Shown one piece after another: positions 18,731 to 30,523 of a stretch of 64,000 nucleotides of DNA. Each line of letters opens with the position of its first letter. The first letter of the stretch is position 1. Source of the stretch: Macrostomum lignano (taxonomy: Eukaryota); assembly GCA_002269645.1 (NCBI GenBank), contig NIVC01000600.1:238638-302637 (forward strand). The letters are read 5' to 3'. The translations under genes and the position numbers were made by a program. The notes beneath the pieces are model-generated. The model worked only from the letters and a program-made list of their open reading frames with translations. It searched no databases and was not told where the DNA came from.

Positions 18731-19491
18731 ATGGACATTCACGTGAAGAAGAGTCGCAAAGTGAAGGGAGTTCGCCAGAAGCTGAAATTATTTCGAGCAA
18801 ATGAACCGCTGAAGTCAGTTATAATGTGGGGCATCAGCTACTCTGTAAGTACCTTCCAGAATAATTATATCAAGGTAGTGGACAGGAAGATGGAGAGGAA
18901 GCAAGCGGGGAGAGAGGGAGAGGAAGGGAGCGGTGAGAGAGAGAGGGGGAAGGGAGCGGGGAGAGGGAGAGGAAGGGAGCGGGGGAGGAGAGAGGAAGGG
19001 AGGGGGAGGGGAGAGGAAGGGAGCGGAGGGGGGAGAGGAAGGGAGCGAATGAGAGGAGAGAAATGGAGAGGGAGAGGAAGGGAGCGGGTCGGGAGAATGT
19101 TTGGAGATCGAGAGAAGCGAGAATGAATTCCCTAGCCAGATTTCCAAACAGTGCATCACGTGACCAATACCACAACCTGGCACCAACTTCCAGTTCGAGC
19201 AGCTGAACCATGTGAATAAGCGCACAATGCTGCTGCCTGACGATTTCAAGAGCTATCTGAAGGTCAAGGTCGACAACCATCTGTTTAACAAGTGAGTGCC
19301 TTTATAAGCTTAATGGCCTTCGACTTCGATTTCTTTGTATGCAAAAGTTTTGCATTCAATCAGTCAGGTTTCCTGTTCAGTTCAGGTTAATTACAATCAC
19401 GCAGCTTCCTTCCAGTAAGCTTGATGAATTAATCAATTTAATCTGTTGGCTCTGTGTAGATGAACTGAGAAACGGTCGTTTAATTAGCTTT

Positions 19492-19530
<39 letters not shown>

Positions 19531-22500
19531 GAAACAGCTGAGAGACTTTAAGCTGTAGCAGATGCAGCCAGGTGAGCCGGATTTACGCTGTTGTTAATCT
19601 GAGATGAGCCGCCTGTGTCAGCACGCAATGCTTAGCATGGAGCTGCTGTTTACTCCTCTAGGGGGCAGGTAAAGTAATCGGCAGGTCTGCCTTCTATAGT
19701 GGGAGGTGAGTAATTTTACCGCCATTGAATGCTCTGCGTCGCGCTTCTATCAGTAGCTAAATTGTCAGGTTATGCTGGTTGCTAGGGTAGGAATGAATGA
19801 GACAGAGTTGCACTGCAGGAAAATGTGATGATAATAGAGGAAAAGCGATGGGGGAATTTATAGTAGTTAATAACGATGAGGGAGGGACAACAAGATAGGG
19901 CAGGGCAGGAGAGCCAGGAGAGAGGGGGAGACAGGGAAGGTGAGAGGGGGGAGACACGGGGGACAGGGAAAGTGAGAGAGGGGGAGACAGGGAAAGTGAG
20001 AGAGGGGAGACAGGGGACAGGGAAAGTGAGAGAGGGGGAGACAGAGAAGGTGAGAGAGGGGGAGACAGGGGACAGGGAAAGTGAGAGAGAAGGGGAGACG
20101 GAAGGTGAGAGAGGGGGAGACAGGGGACAGGGAAAGTGAGAGAGGGGGAGACAGGGGACAGGGAAAGTGAGAGAGGGGGAGACAGAGAAGGTGAGAGGGG
20201 GGAGACAGGGGACAGGGAAAGTGAGAGAGGGGGAGACAGGGGACAGGGAAAGTGAGAGAGGGGGAGACAGAGAAGGTGAGAGAGGGGGAGACAGGGGACA
20301 GGGAAAGTGAGAGAGAAGGGGAGACGGAAGGTGAGAGAGGGGGAGACAGGGGACAGGGAAAGTGAGAGAGGGGGAGACAGAGAAGGTGAGAGAGGGGGAG
20401 ACAGGGGACAGGGAAAGTGAGAGAGGGGGAGACGGAAGGTGAGAGAGGGGGAGACAGGGGACAGGGAAAGTGAGAGAGGGGGAGACAGGGAAGGTGAGAG
20501 AGGGAGACATGGAAGGTAAGTGGGGGAGACAGGGAAGGGGAGAGAGGGAGACAGGGAAGGTGAGAGGGGGAGACAGGGAAGGTGAGAGGGGGAGACAGGG
20601 AAGGGGAGAGAGGGAGACAGGGAAGGGGAGAGAGGGAGACAGGGAAGATGAGAAAGGGGGAGACAGGAAAGGATTAAGGAAAGGGAGCTAGAGAGAAGAC
20701 AGAGAAAAAGAGAGGGAAAAGGAGAGGAGACAGGGAAGGGGATGAGTGAGGAGGAGGCTGGACAAAGACTTCGTCAATCAGTGCGCACTTTTCAGTTTCC
20801 AATCGATCAAATATCATCCAACTGAATATTGGTATAGATTCATCTACTTTCTAATTTTTAACGAATTTTAATGAAAATGAATCGAAACGATTTTTCCAAC
20901 CTCCCAGAGACAACATGCCCAGCCGCTTCCAGTTCAAGGAGTACTGCCCGCTAGTGTTCGCCGACCTGCGCGCCAAGTTCGGCGTGGCGGACTCCGCAGA
21001 CCTGCTGTCCAGCTGGACGAAGCGCCAGCCGCACTGGGACAGCTCGCTCGGCCGGGCTGATGCTCGCTTCCTGTGCACCCAAAATCGGCGATACGTGCTC
21101 CGCCTGATCACCTGCGAGGAGGTGGAACAGGTGCACCAGGTGCTGCAAGCCTATCACGGATATATTGTCGAATGCTCAGCCGCCACCCTGCTGCCTCAGT
21201 ACCTGGCTATGTACAGGGCTACTGTTGAGGACACCGACTACTACCTGCTCATGATGCGGTGAGCTGCTTCCCAATAGAAAAGTTCAACACCGGACAATAT
21301 GGAAGCTGCAAGCGTGTAAAACTCTGCACAAAAATTGGCCGTAGGGTTGTTGCGTCTTTCGCAGCCATGAGGTCCAACACCCCCAAGGCACAAAGTGGGT
21401 GCATGCCTAACGATTAGAAAGTCGGGGCCGCTTTACACCCTTTGTGAGCGTGTGTGTGAGTATTGGTGCGCTTGTATTGTGCCACAAGGCATTGCGCCAC
21501 GTTGCCTTGTGGGCTGGCGCTCAAAGGCGTTAATTGCATGAGCAGAGCCAAACCGAGATTCCTTGGAATCGAGCCTGGGCCGCGTGTGCAATGACCCCAG
21601 CCCTGAGCTCTTTGTCAATCGGTGTGCAAATACAAATCGAATTTCTTTCGCCAATTAAAATCCGAATTGAGCAGTGAAGGGAGCAGCACTCGCATCTGCC
21701 AAGTGCACTCGAAGCCAACTGAACCGACGGACCCAACCCCTTCTCTCTTTCCCGCCTCCTTCCCGCCTTTACTCTCTCTCCCCGCTATATCGACTTCATT
21801 TTCGAGTCCGTCCCTCGAGCTGTCAGCCGACTGAGCCACTCATTCCCGGCCTTCTCCCCTACACTCGGCTTCTCTCCACGTTGGACTCATCCATCATTAA
21901 TTTGTGTCCAAACTGGTCGCTGATCTCCTTCATGCCTCTCCCTGATCAGAGTCAGCTCAAGTCTATCATGATCGGTCATTTGTCAGCCAATGTAAAATAT
22001 TTTATAGAAGCAGTCCATTTTTTGAGGAGATGCTCTTCAGAATCTATTTGTTGTCTGCTGTCCCATTCAGGCGAATTAGTTGCACCTGTGCGTCCCCACC
22101 TTTCAGCTAAATTTTGCTTTGCAAATTGCTTCTTTTCTGCTTTAAGCTCGCCGTTGATTGCTTTCGGATGCTGAGGTTCCCGGTCTCAGCTGGAGACCAG
22201 AGATGCCTGCCCCCCCCCCGCGAGCATCGACCCAATCCTCTCTCCCCCTCCGCTCCTCTCCCGATGCTCCATTTTGTCATTTCCCAATCCCACTCCCCGC
22301 GCTCCTCCAGGCCTTCCGCTGCAATATTTCATTTCCTCCTTGAAGAAGCTGACTTCAAGCCGCGCGGCATCGGCCCTGCTACCAGGCTGAAAATAAAATT
22401 CTCCCCCCTGTCTCTCTCTACCGTGGGCAGTCATGCGGATATTCCCATATCTGATCCTGATCCCCACTTGGATAATCCGTGCTGGCGCTTCTCCGCTTAC

Positions 22501-25500
22501 TAGGATGGCGAGGCAGTGGATTCCCGGCTTAGCAACCCTGTCCCGCTGTGCGTGCTCGGCAGAGGTGTTTCGCGATGGATTTCCTGGGAGACAGACATGT
22601 TGGATTCGTTTGAAGACTTCTTCACTATCTAATCTCAATGAACTGCTCTCCCTCGCTCTTGCTTCACTCTCAAAATGTACTTCTCTGACACCAAAATGCC
22701 CTCTCCTGTCTTGTCCTGACACTCAAGTGTCTTCTGACACCTCTCCTGATACCCAAGTGTCTTCTGACACCTCTCCTGATACCCAAGTGTCTTCTGACAC
22801 CTCTCCTGATACCCAAGTGTCTTCTGACACCTCTCCTGATACCCAAGTGTCTTCTGACACCTCTCGTGATATCCAAGTGTCTTCTGACACCTCTCCTGAT
22901 ACCCAAGTGTCTTCTGACACCTCTCCTGATACCCAAGTGTCTTCTGACACCTCTCGTGATATCCAAGTGTCTTCTGACACCTCTCCTGATACCCAAGTGT
23001 CTTCTGACACCTCTCGTGATATCCAAGTGTCTTTTGACACTTCTCTTGACATTTAAGTGTCTTCTGACACTTCTGATATCCAAGTGTCTTCTGACACTTC
23101 TCTTGACATTTAAGTGTCTTCTGACACTTCTGATATCCAAGTGTCTTCTGACACTTCTCCTGATATCCAAATGTCTTCTGACACCTCTCCTGATACCCAA
23201 GTGTCTTCTGACACCTCTCGTGATATCCAAGTGTCTTCTGACACCTCTCCTGATACCCAAGTGTCTTCTGACACCTCTCCTGATACCCAAGTGTCTTCTG
23301 ACACCTCTCGTGATATCCAAGTGTCTTCTGACACCTCTCCTGATACCCAAGTGTCTTCTGACACCTCTCGTGATATCCAAGTGTCTTTTGACACTTCTCT
23401 TGACATTTAAGTGTCTTCTGACACTTCTGATATCCAAGTGTCTTCTGACACTTCTCTTGACATTTAAGTGTCTTCTGACACTTCTGATATCCAAGTGTCT
23501 TCTGACACCTCTCCTGATACCCAAGTGTCTTCTGACACCTCTCGTGATATCCAAGTGTCTTCTGACACCTCTCCTGATACCCAAGTGTCTTCTGACACCT
23601 CTCGTGATATCCAAGTGTCTTCTGACACCTCTCCTGATACCCAAGTGTCTTCTGACACCTCTCCTGATACCCAAGTGTCTTCTGACACCTCTCGTGATAT
23701 CCAAGTGTCTTCTGACACCTCTCCTGATACCCAAGTGTCTTCTGACACCTCTCGTGATATCCAAGTGTCTTTTGACACTTCTCTTGACATTTAAGTGTCT
23801 TTTGACACTTCTCTTGACATTTAAGTGTCTTCTGACACTTCTGATATCCAAGTGTCTTCTGACACTTCTCTTGACATTTAAGTGTCTTCTGACACTTCTG
23901 ATATCCAAGTGTCTTCTGACACTTCTCCTGATATCCAAATGTCTTCTGACACCTCTCCTGATACCCAAGTGTCTTCTGACACCTCTCGTGATATCCAAGT
24001 GTCTTCTGACACCTCTCCTGATACCAAGTGTCTTCTGACACCTCTCCTGATACCCAAGTGTCTTCTGACACCTCTCGTGATATCCAAGTGTCTTCTGACA
24101 CCTCTCCTGATACCCAAGTGTCTTCTGACACCTCTCGTGATATCCAAGTGTCTTTTGACACTTCTCTTGACATTTAAGTGTCTTCTGACACTTCTGATAT
24201 CCAAGTGTCTTCTGACACTTCTCTTGACATTTAAGTGTCTTCTGACACTTCTGATATCCAAGTGTCTTCTGACACTTCTCCTGATATCCAAATGTCTTCT
24301 GACACCTCTCCTGACATCCAAATATCTTCTGACACTTCTCCTGACATCCAAGTGTCTTCTGACACTTCTGCTGACATTCAAGTGTCTTCTGACACCTCTC
24401 CTGACATCCAAGTGTCTTCTGACACCTCTCCTTACATCCAAATATCTTCTGACACCTCTCCTGACATCCAAATGTCTTCTGACACTTCTCCTGACATCCA
24501 AATGTCTTCTGACACCCTTCCTGATATCTAAGTGTCTTCTGACACTTCTCCTGACACCCAAGTATCTTCTGACACTTCTCCTGACATCCAAATATCTTCT
24601 GACACTTCTCCTGACATCCAAGTGTCTTCTGACACCTCTCCTGACATCCAAATGTCTTCTGACACTTCTCCTGACATCCAAATGTCTTCTGACACCCTTC
24701 CTGATATCCAAGTGTCTTCTGACACTTCTCCTGACACCCAAGTGTCTTCTGACACTTCTTCTGACACCCAAGTGTCTTCTGACACTTCTTCTGACACCCA
24801 AGTGTCTTCTGACACTTCTCCTGACATTCAAGTGTCTTCTGACACCTCTCATGATATCCAAGTGTCTTCTGACACCCAAGTGTCTTCACACCTCTTCTGA
24901 CACCCAAGTGTCTGCTGACACCCCTCCTGACACCCAAGTTTCAAACTTTTCAAACTTGACCCCCTGTCTATCAGGTGTGTGTTCAACCCGCGCTACAAAA
25001 TCCACCGCAAATACGACCTGAAAGGCAGCACCATCGACCGCGAGGCCAGCGAAAAGGAGCGCAGCAAAGAGCTGCCAACCTACAAGGATGTCGACTTTGT
25101 CACCGCCCGCGAGTGCATCGAGGTTGGCCCGGCCGAGAAAGCCCGTCTGATGTCCACGCTGCGGGCCGATGTCGATTTCCTTCAACGCGAGAACCTCATG
25201 GACTATTCGCTGCTGGTTGGGGTACACGATCGGTCCCGGCTGGGGGAAGACGAGGTCTGTGCGCCACTGCTTTAAACGCGTCTGCTTCCTGCGCGTCTTT
25301 TGTATGCGCGTGTTTTGTATGCGCGGCTTATGTATGTGTGTCTGTTGTCCGTTGTCTCTCATCAACTCTCTCAACGCCTCTCATCACCCCAACCTCATCT
25401 GGTCAGGCAGTCGACGGGGCTCCCTGCGATCTGGACGAAGCTGGCGAGACCGACGCTGACGGTGCTGATAGCGAAGCTGAAGAGGCCGCCGCCGCAGCCG

Positions 25501-25778
25501 CCGGCGCCACGGTGTCAGCCGGCGACGATGACGACGAAGAAGAGGCTGCGCTTGTCGCCCCATCCGAAGAGAATTTTGCGGTGACCTCGGCTAGCGGCCA
25601 GTGCGTGTACTTTATCAGCATCATCAGCATACTCACCAAGTACGGCGTGCGTAAGCGGACCGCCCAGACCTACAAATCCATGAAGCACGGATCGAGTAGT
25701 GAGAATCAGCTGAGCACAGTCCGGCCCGAGGTCTACGCGCGCCGCTTTCTGGAGTTCATCGAGGCCAGCATGCAGTAG
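18731..25778 (+). CDS. phosphatidylinositol 5-phosphate 4-kinase (PIP4K2-like), possibly catalytically impaired; exons 18731-18844, 19194-19291, 20908-21258, 24975-25254, 25407-25778
   Basis: Phase-consistent GT-AG exons encode [93 protein letters not shown], all characteristic of type II PIP kinases. Confidence 0.95.
18880..19100. repeat. purine-rich (GA/GGA) low-complexity tract in PIP4K intron 1
   Basis: Almost exclusively G/A on the + strand. Confidence 0.9.
19900..20745. repeat. purine-rich tandem repeat (GGGAAAGTGAGAGAGGGGGAGACAGGGGACA-type units) in PIP4K intron 2
   Basis: Recurring ~22-31-bp G/A-rich units. Confidence 0.92.
21430..21610 (-). mobile_element. SINE-family fragment related to the 27567-27936 element
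   Basis: Shares TAATTGCA-GAGCAGAGCCAA-CCGAGATTCC and TTGGAATCGAGCCTGGG with 27815-27890. Confidence 0.5.
22710..24935. repeat. 30-bp minisatellite (ACCCAAGTGTCTTCTGACACCTCTCCTGAT)n in PIP4K intron 3
   Basis: About 70 units with recurring variant blocks; source of the long periodic ORFs on both strands. Confidence 0.97.
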
Positions 25779-25799
25779 CGATTGCTTCTTCTAGGCTTT

Positions 25800-26290
25800 G
25801 GGATTGGTTGCTATAACGTTGGTTGCATAGCGTTGGTTGCTATGGAGTTGGTTGCTAGGGCATTGGTTGCTATGTAGTTGGTTGGTATGAATTTAGTTGC
25901 TATGGCTTGGTTGCTATGGCGTTTGCTGCTGAGTTGGTTGCTATGCCATTGGTTGCTATGGAGTTGGTTGCTATGACATTGGTTGTTATGGCGTTGGTTG
26001 CTATGGCATTGGTTGCTATAGAGTTGGTTGCTACGGCATTGGTTGCTATGAAGTTGTTTGCTATGGAGTTGGTTGCTATGGAGTTGGTTGGTATGAATTT
26101 AGTTGCTATGGCTACGTTTGCTGCTGAGTTGGTTGCTTTGGCGTTGGTTGCTATGGCGTTGGTTGCTATAAAGCTAGTTGCTATGGTGTTAATTTTTATG
26201 GGTTTGATTGCTATGCAGTTGGTTGCTATGCAGTTGGTTACTATGGTGTTGGTTGCTATGACGTTAGTTGCTATGGGTTTAACTGCTGTG
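25800..26290. repeat. ~15-bp degenerate tandem repeat (GAGTTGGTTGCTATG)n just 3' of the PIP4K stop codon
   Basis: Repeated TTGGTTGCTATGG cores. Confidence 0.9.
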
Positions 26291-27566
26291 TGTTCGCTAC
26301 ATCCGTAAGCTAATATAATTGCAATACGAGTTGAGGCCATGGAGTCAGTCATCTTGTTGCTGTGTTCGAATGCTTCAGGACTCGCTGCCCTGCCATTAGG
26401 AGGTTCGTAGATTCAGCTTTTTAAACAAATTCGCCACAGCACACAGTGCCGAAAGAACACGCGGCACTAGCGCTTGTTAATAACTGATTTTGTCCTAAAC
26501 CAGCAATTTAGCAGACCTGGCTGAGGGGATCCAGTTTTAGAGCTCTTCAGTATACTTAATTAACTCTTTCAACAAGCATACAGACTACTATAAGTAGGCG
26601 TCTGAAAGTAATCATGGGAGTGGCCACTCAGCCAGATCTGCTGTCTATTAAATATTAATGCGTTCCATTGTCGCGATCTGGACTCTAACTAAGAATAATG
26701 ATAATAATAATGTATGATTTATTACTTCTAATGCTAATTATTGGTCCTGTTCATTTCTATGCTTTTGCGTGTAAATATTATGCTTATTTTGAACCCTGCC
26801 GGAAAATCTTCATCTATCAATTTTCCATCGAGTCCAGGTTGCGTACGGCTAGCCAGAGCAAGGACTGCTATGCATGGGCAACTGCTATTAGCACCTGGAC
26901 TCGATGGTCATTCCTGTTTTAAAAAGAATCTCGAGACCAAATAATTATTCACAGATTTTTTGTTCCTTACAACGCGCGGCACACTACTAAAGTTTGTCAG
27001 TAGTTTTAAGCATTTTTCTCAACTATTGCTTTCTTTATGACTCTATCTATCAATAGTATTAATATCGTAATTATTTTATTAATAATAATCACAATTTGAT
27101 CTCAATGCTTTAGTCTAGTCAGTTTATTAAATGTTATTTTAATTCCTTTGCATGCCGTCGCTTTTTTGTCTACTGTCGGTAGTGTCTGTCGGAAAATGTC
27201 ACCTATTTTTATTCTCCATATTATTTTATTGAATACGGTCGTATAATTGTGATTTATGATGCTAATCTGCTACCTGCCTGCTGGCTGATTCGGATTTTTT
27301 ATCAGTGGGATTGTCTGTCTGTGTATTGAGCCGCAGTTATATTTTACTAACCATTTTTGCATTCGATCTGTGATACAGTGGCACTAATGTCGCAGGGCAG
27401 CTGTGACCGGAGTGAACCCATCAAGCCGCCAGATGCGCGTTCGAATCAACGAGTTTTAACAGAATCAATTAAATATTAAGACAGAACTGTATTGCACAGA
27501 CTGGCAGTTATATATCCATTGTGCTATGGCGCCCACCTTCAATGTTTTGTATTCATTGGCTCGGTA

Positions 27567-27936
27567 ATTTTTTTTATTTTTTTTATTAGAGGCAGGGGGG
27601 GGTTGTGTGCACCCTGGCGCACTTTGAGCGACATTGGCACACAACCGGCGAGAGGCATTACTGCCCATTCCGCCGACTCCCCTGAGCAGACATACAAGCG
27701 CGTGGATACGTACGCAGGCACACACTCACACAGGAGTGTACAGCGGCCCTAACTTTATTAATCGTTAGGCATGTACACTTCACTGCGCCTTGGGGGGTTG
27801 GCTCTCAAGGTCGTTAATTGCACGAGCAGAGCCAAGCCGAGATTCCAATTCAGCCCCAAATTAATGTGACTGCACTTGGAATCGAGCCTGGGTCACTGGC
27901 ACACCAGAGCAGCTGCGCTACCGCTGGGCTACGCCC
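27567..27936 (-). mobile_element. tRNA-derived SINE
   Basis: Minus-strand head GGGGCGTAGCCCAGCGGTAGCGC...GGCTCGATTCC (A and B boxes); A-rich tail at ~27567-27587. Confidence 0.65.
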
Positions 27937-27989
27937 CCCTTGCTCGGTAATTCATTTGTTAATCTCTTTGACTAAGTCCGTCTCACTGC

Positions 27990-28215
27990 AACTCTCCCAT
28001 CCCACTGCAACTCTCTCCTTCTCTCACTGCAACTCTCTCCTTCTCTCACTGCAACTCTCTCCTTCTCTCACTGCAACTCTCCCATCCCACTGCAACTCTC
28101 TCCTTCTCTCACTGCAACTCTCTCCTTCTCTCACTGCAACTCTCCCCATCTCACTGCAACACTCTCATCATCTCACTGCAACTCTCTCCTCCTCTCACTG
28201 CAACTCTCTCCTTCT
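27990..28215. repeat. ~20-bp tandem repeat (CTCACTGCAACTCTCTCCTT)n
   Basis: About 10 direct units. Confidence 0.9.
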
Positions 28216-28439
28216 TTCCCTGTCTGAGTTTGTAAAAAATGAACATCGTTTCGTTTAGTCTTCAAAACAACAGTATCTAACTACAATAGTATGTATTGAA
28301 ATCGAGTGCAGATCAAAGTCTGCAAGTTTTATTTTGTGCGCAGCAGAAAAAAAGCATACAGTAGAAAATCTAAGTAAATAATCAAGTAAATGGATGTCAG
28401 CTGTCTTACTGGAGGCTTCTACAATTCGGAATTTGCTTC

Positions 28440-29014
28440 TATTTATGGGGGCTATCGCTGACATGTTAAGGCTTACGGGGGGAATAGCTGAGATTTCAAG
28501 GCTAAAGTCAGAAGCTACATGTAGTTTATTGAAAACTTTTTATTACATTATTTGATGCCTCCTCATTGGAGGGATCGCTGATAAAAAAGCGTAATGTAAA
28601 AAATAAAAGAAGCTTCATGTCGAAGTTAAGAGATTCATTTGGGAATCCCTACGATGTCGAGGCTTGCAGGGAATCGCTATAATGCTGTAGTAGTGCTATA
28701 ATGACTCTCAGAGAGAATTACTGAAATTTCAATGCTTTAGGGTTAGGTTAGGGTTAGGGTTAGGGTTAGGGTTAGGCTAGGGTTAGGGTTAGAAGGTTGA
28801 CAGATATTTTTAGATTTCCAAGGCTTATTGGGGGCATTGCTGAGATGTCAAGGGGGGAAGTTGATGTGTTAAAGCTTGTGGGGGGGAATTATTGACATGT
28901 CAAGGCTTACAAGGTTTGACAGGAGATTTTTTAAGATTTCAAGGATATATGTAGCTTATTAAAAAACGTGTATTGCATTTCTTTGGCTCCCCAACGGGGG
29001 GCGTAGATTGCTAG
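28440..29014 (+). mobile_element. 3' part of a non-autonomous Helitron-like element (same family as 35684-38445); 5' boundary approximate
   Basis: Ends GCTCCCCAACGGGGGGC hairpin (28986-29002) + CTAG (29011-29014) followed by T; internal sequence is the reverse complement of ~35684-36200. Confidence 0.7.
28737..28792 (+). repeat. interstitial telomere-like (TTAGGG)n tract carried inside the Helitron-like element
   Basis: About 9 TTAGGG units with variants; a shorter (CCCTAA)n counterpart lies at 35886-35914. Confidence 0.9.
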
Positions 29015-29678
29015 TTTGCTTCTACTACTGGAGATCTCAATGCAACGAGGGGGTCTATTTCTTGATACTTAAAAGAGGAAAATTTGCTAAAAGGAATATT
29101 TAGAGCTTTTATAAACAACTATACTCGTAAACAAAAGAAAAAGAAAAACATTACTTTTTAGTCCCAAAAGCCTGTCGACCAAGGACCAATTTTTTCTATT
29201 TTGAGCTTTTAAATGAAGAAAAAATTGGCACGGCAAATTTTTCTGCGACTGACCATTCATTATGACCGATTCAATCATATTGATGTACATCCACATCATC
29301 CACCCAACTACTCCTACGGCGGCTCTATTTTTAGCTACAATGTACATTGACTCAGTTCTTCACATCGCCCACCCCTCCACCCGGCCGGTGACTCCATTTA
29401 TAGCTAGTATGTACATGGGCTCAGTTCTTCACATTACCCACACCCCATCCACCAGGCGACTCTATTTTTAGCTACAATGCACATTCCCTCGGTTCCCTCA
29501 ATACACAACTCACTCCCTCCACTCTTTTTAAGCTTTGTTCACGACCTTGTGCAAAGTAAGGTGCCAAATAAAAAATAGTAAAAATGAAAAAAATCCCAAT
29601 GATCTCATCTCAATGAGCCCCATTTAAAGAGCTCACAACGCGAGCCAATATGTACATGAACACTGCATGCCTTAAGCA

Positions 29679-30523
29679 CTAAAGTTCACCACTGCCCACC
29701 CTTGCCGCGTGGGTGCTGACGCCTGACTGAAGCCAATCGGGCAGCAACTGCTGCCACTTGTCGGGCAGGAAGGATGCACTCCAGGCAAAGCAGTGCGCAG
29801 CCATGGTGCAGCCGTAGAAGCAGCAGAGGCCGGCAAGCAGCAGCATTAGCGAGTTGAACACGGCAACCTCTATTGGCTCCAGAGCGGAGGCCGCAGTTAT
29901 CAGCAGGTACTGGTAGTAAATCTGGCGCACCCTGGCCTTGGCCGCGAGCCACAGTCCGGTCTGAGCAACGGGTTTGTGTTGTGGGAAGTTGAGTAATAGT
30001 CACAGTCTGCCATCCACACTTCCATCACCCACATCACTCCCGTCACCCACCTCACTCCCGTCACCAACCTCACTCCCGTCACCCACCTCACTCCCGTCAC
30101 CCACCTCACTCTCGTCACCCACCTCACTCCCGTCACCCACCTCACTCCCGTCACCCACCTCACTCCCGTCACCCACCTCACTCCCGTCACCCACCTCACT
30201 CCCGTCACCCACCTCACTCCCGTCATCCACCTCACTCCCGTCACCCACCTCACTCCCGTCACCCCCTCACTCCCGTCACTCCCCACTCCCGTCACCCACC
30301 TCAATCCCGTCACCCACCTCACTCCCGTCACCCACCTCACTCCAATCACTGCCTCACTCCAATCGCCCACTTCGGTCCAATCACCCACCTCGCTCCAATC
30401 ACCCACCTCATTCAACTCAGCCAGTTAAGCTTCTAAACAGCGCGCTTCAGAGCCTGCACTTACCCCACGTTTTCCGGACTTATCAAAAGCAGGCGCTGCA
30501 CAGTCTCCATAGCGGTCCGACAT
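29679..30523 (-). CDS. serine palmitoyltransferase small subunit (SPTSSA/B-like); exons 30523-30464 and 29960-29679, 113 aa
   Basis: QIYYQYLLITAASALEPIEVAVFNSLML matches the ssSPT signature (WFYYQYLLVTALYMLEPWERTVFNSML). ATG exon MSDRYGDCAAPAFDKSGKRG ends in GTAAGT, phase 0, matching the CTCAG acceptor. Confidence 0.85.
30010..30415. repeat. 18-bp minisatellite (CCCGTCACCCACCTCACT)n in the ssSPT intron
   Basis: About 20 units. Confidence 0.95.

Noticed and set aside
19782-20691. Pro/Ser/Leu-rich and Gly/Glu/Arg-rich ORFs
   Set aside because: Products of a purine/pyrimidine-biased tandem repeat in an intron.
22635-25021. Long ORFs of 333-755 aa (CQKTLGYQER, DTQVSSDTSP, KCLLTPLLI repeats)
   Set aside because: Translations of a 30-bp intronic minisatellite, open on both strands; the PIP4K exons splice cleanly across it.
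25900-26352. Hydrophobic MALVA-repeat ORF as a membrane protein
   Set aside because: Translation of a 15-bp tandem repeat, open on both strands.
28737-28792. Chromosome end or telomere fusion site
   Set aside because: Short, degenerate, single orientation, and embedded in a repeated Helitron-like module.
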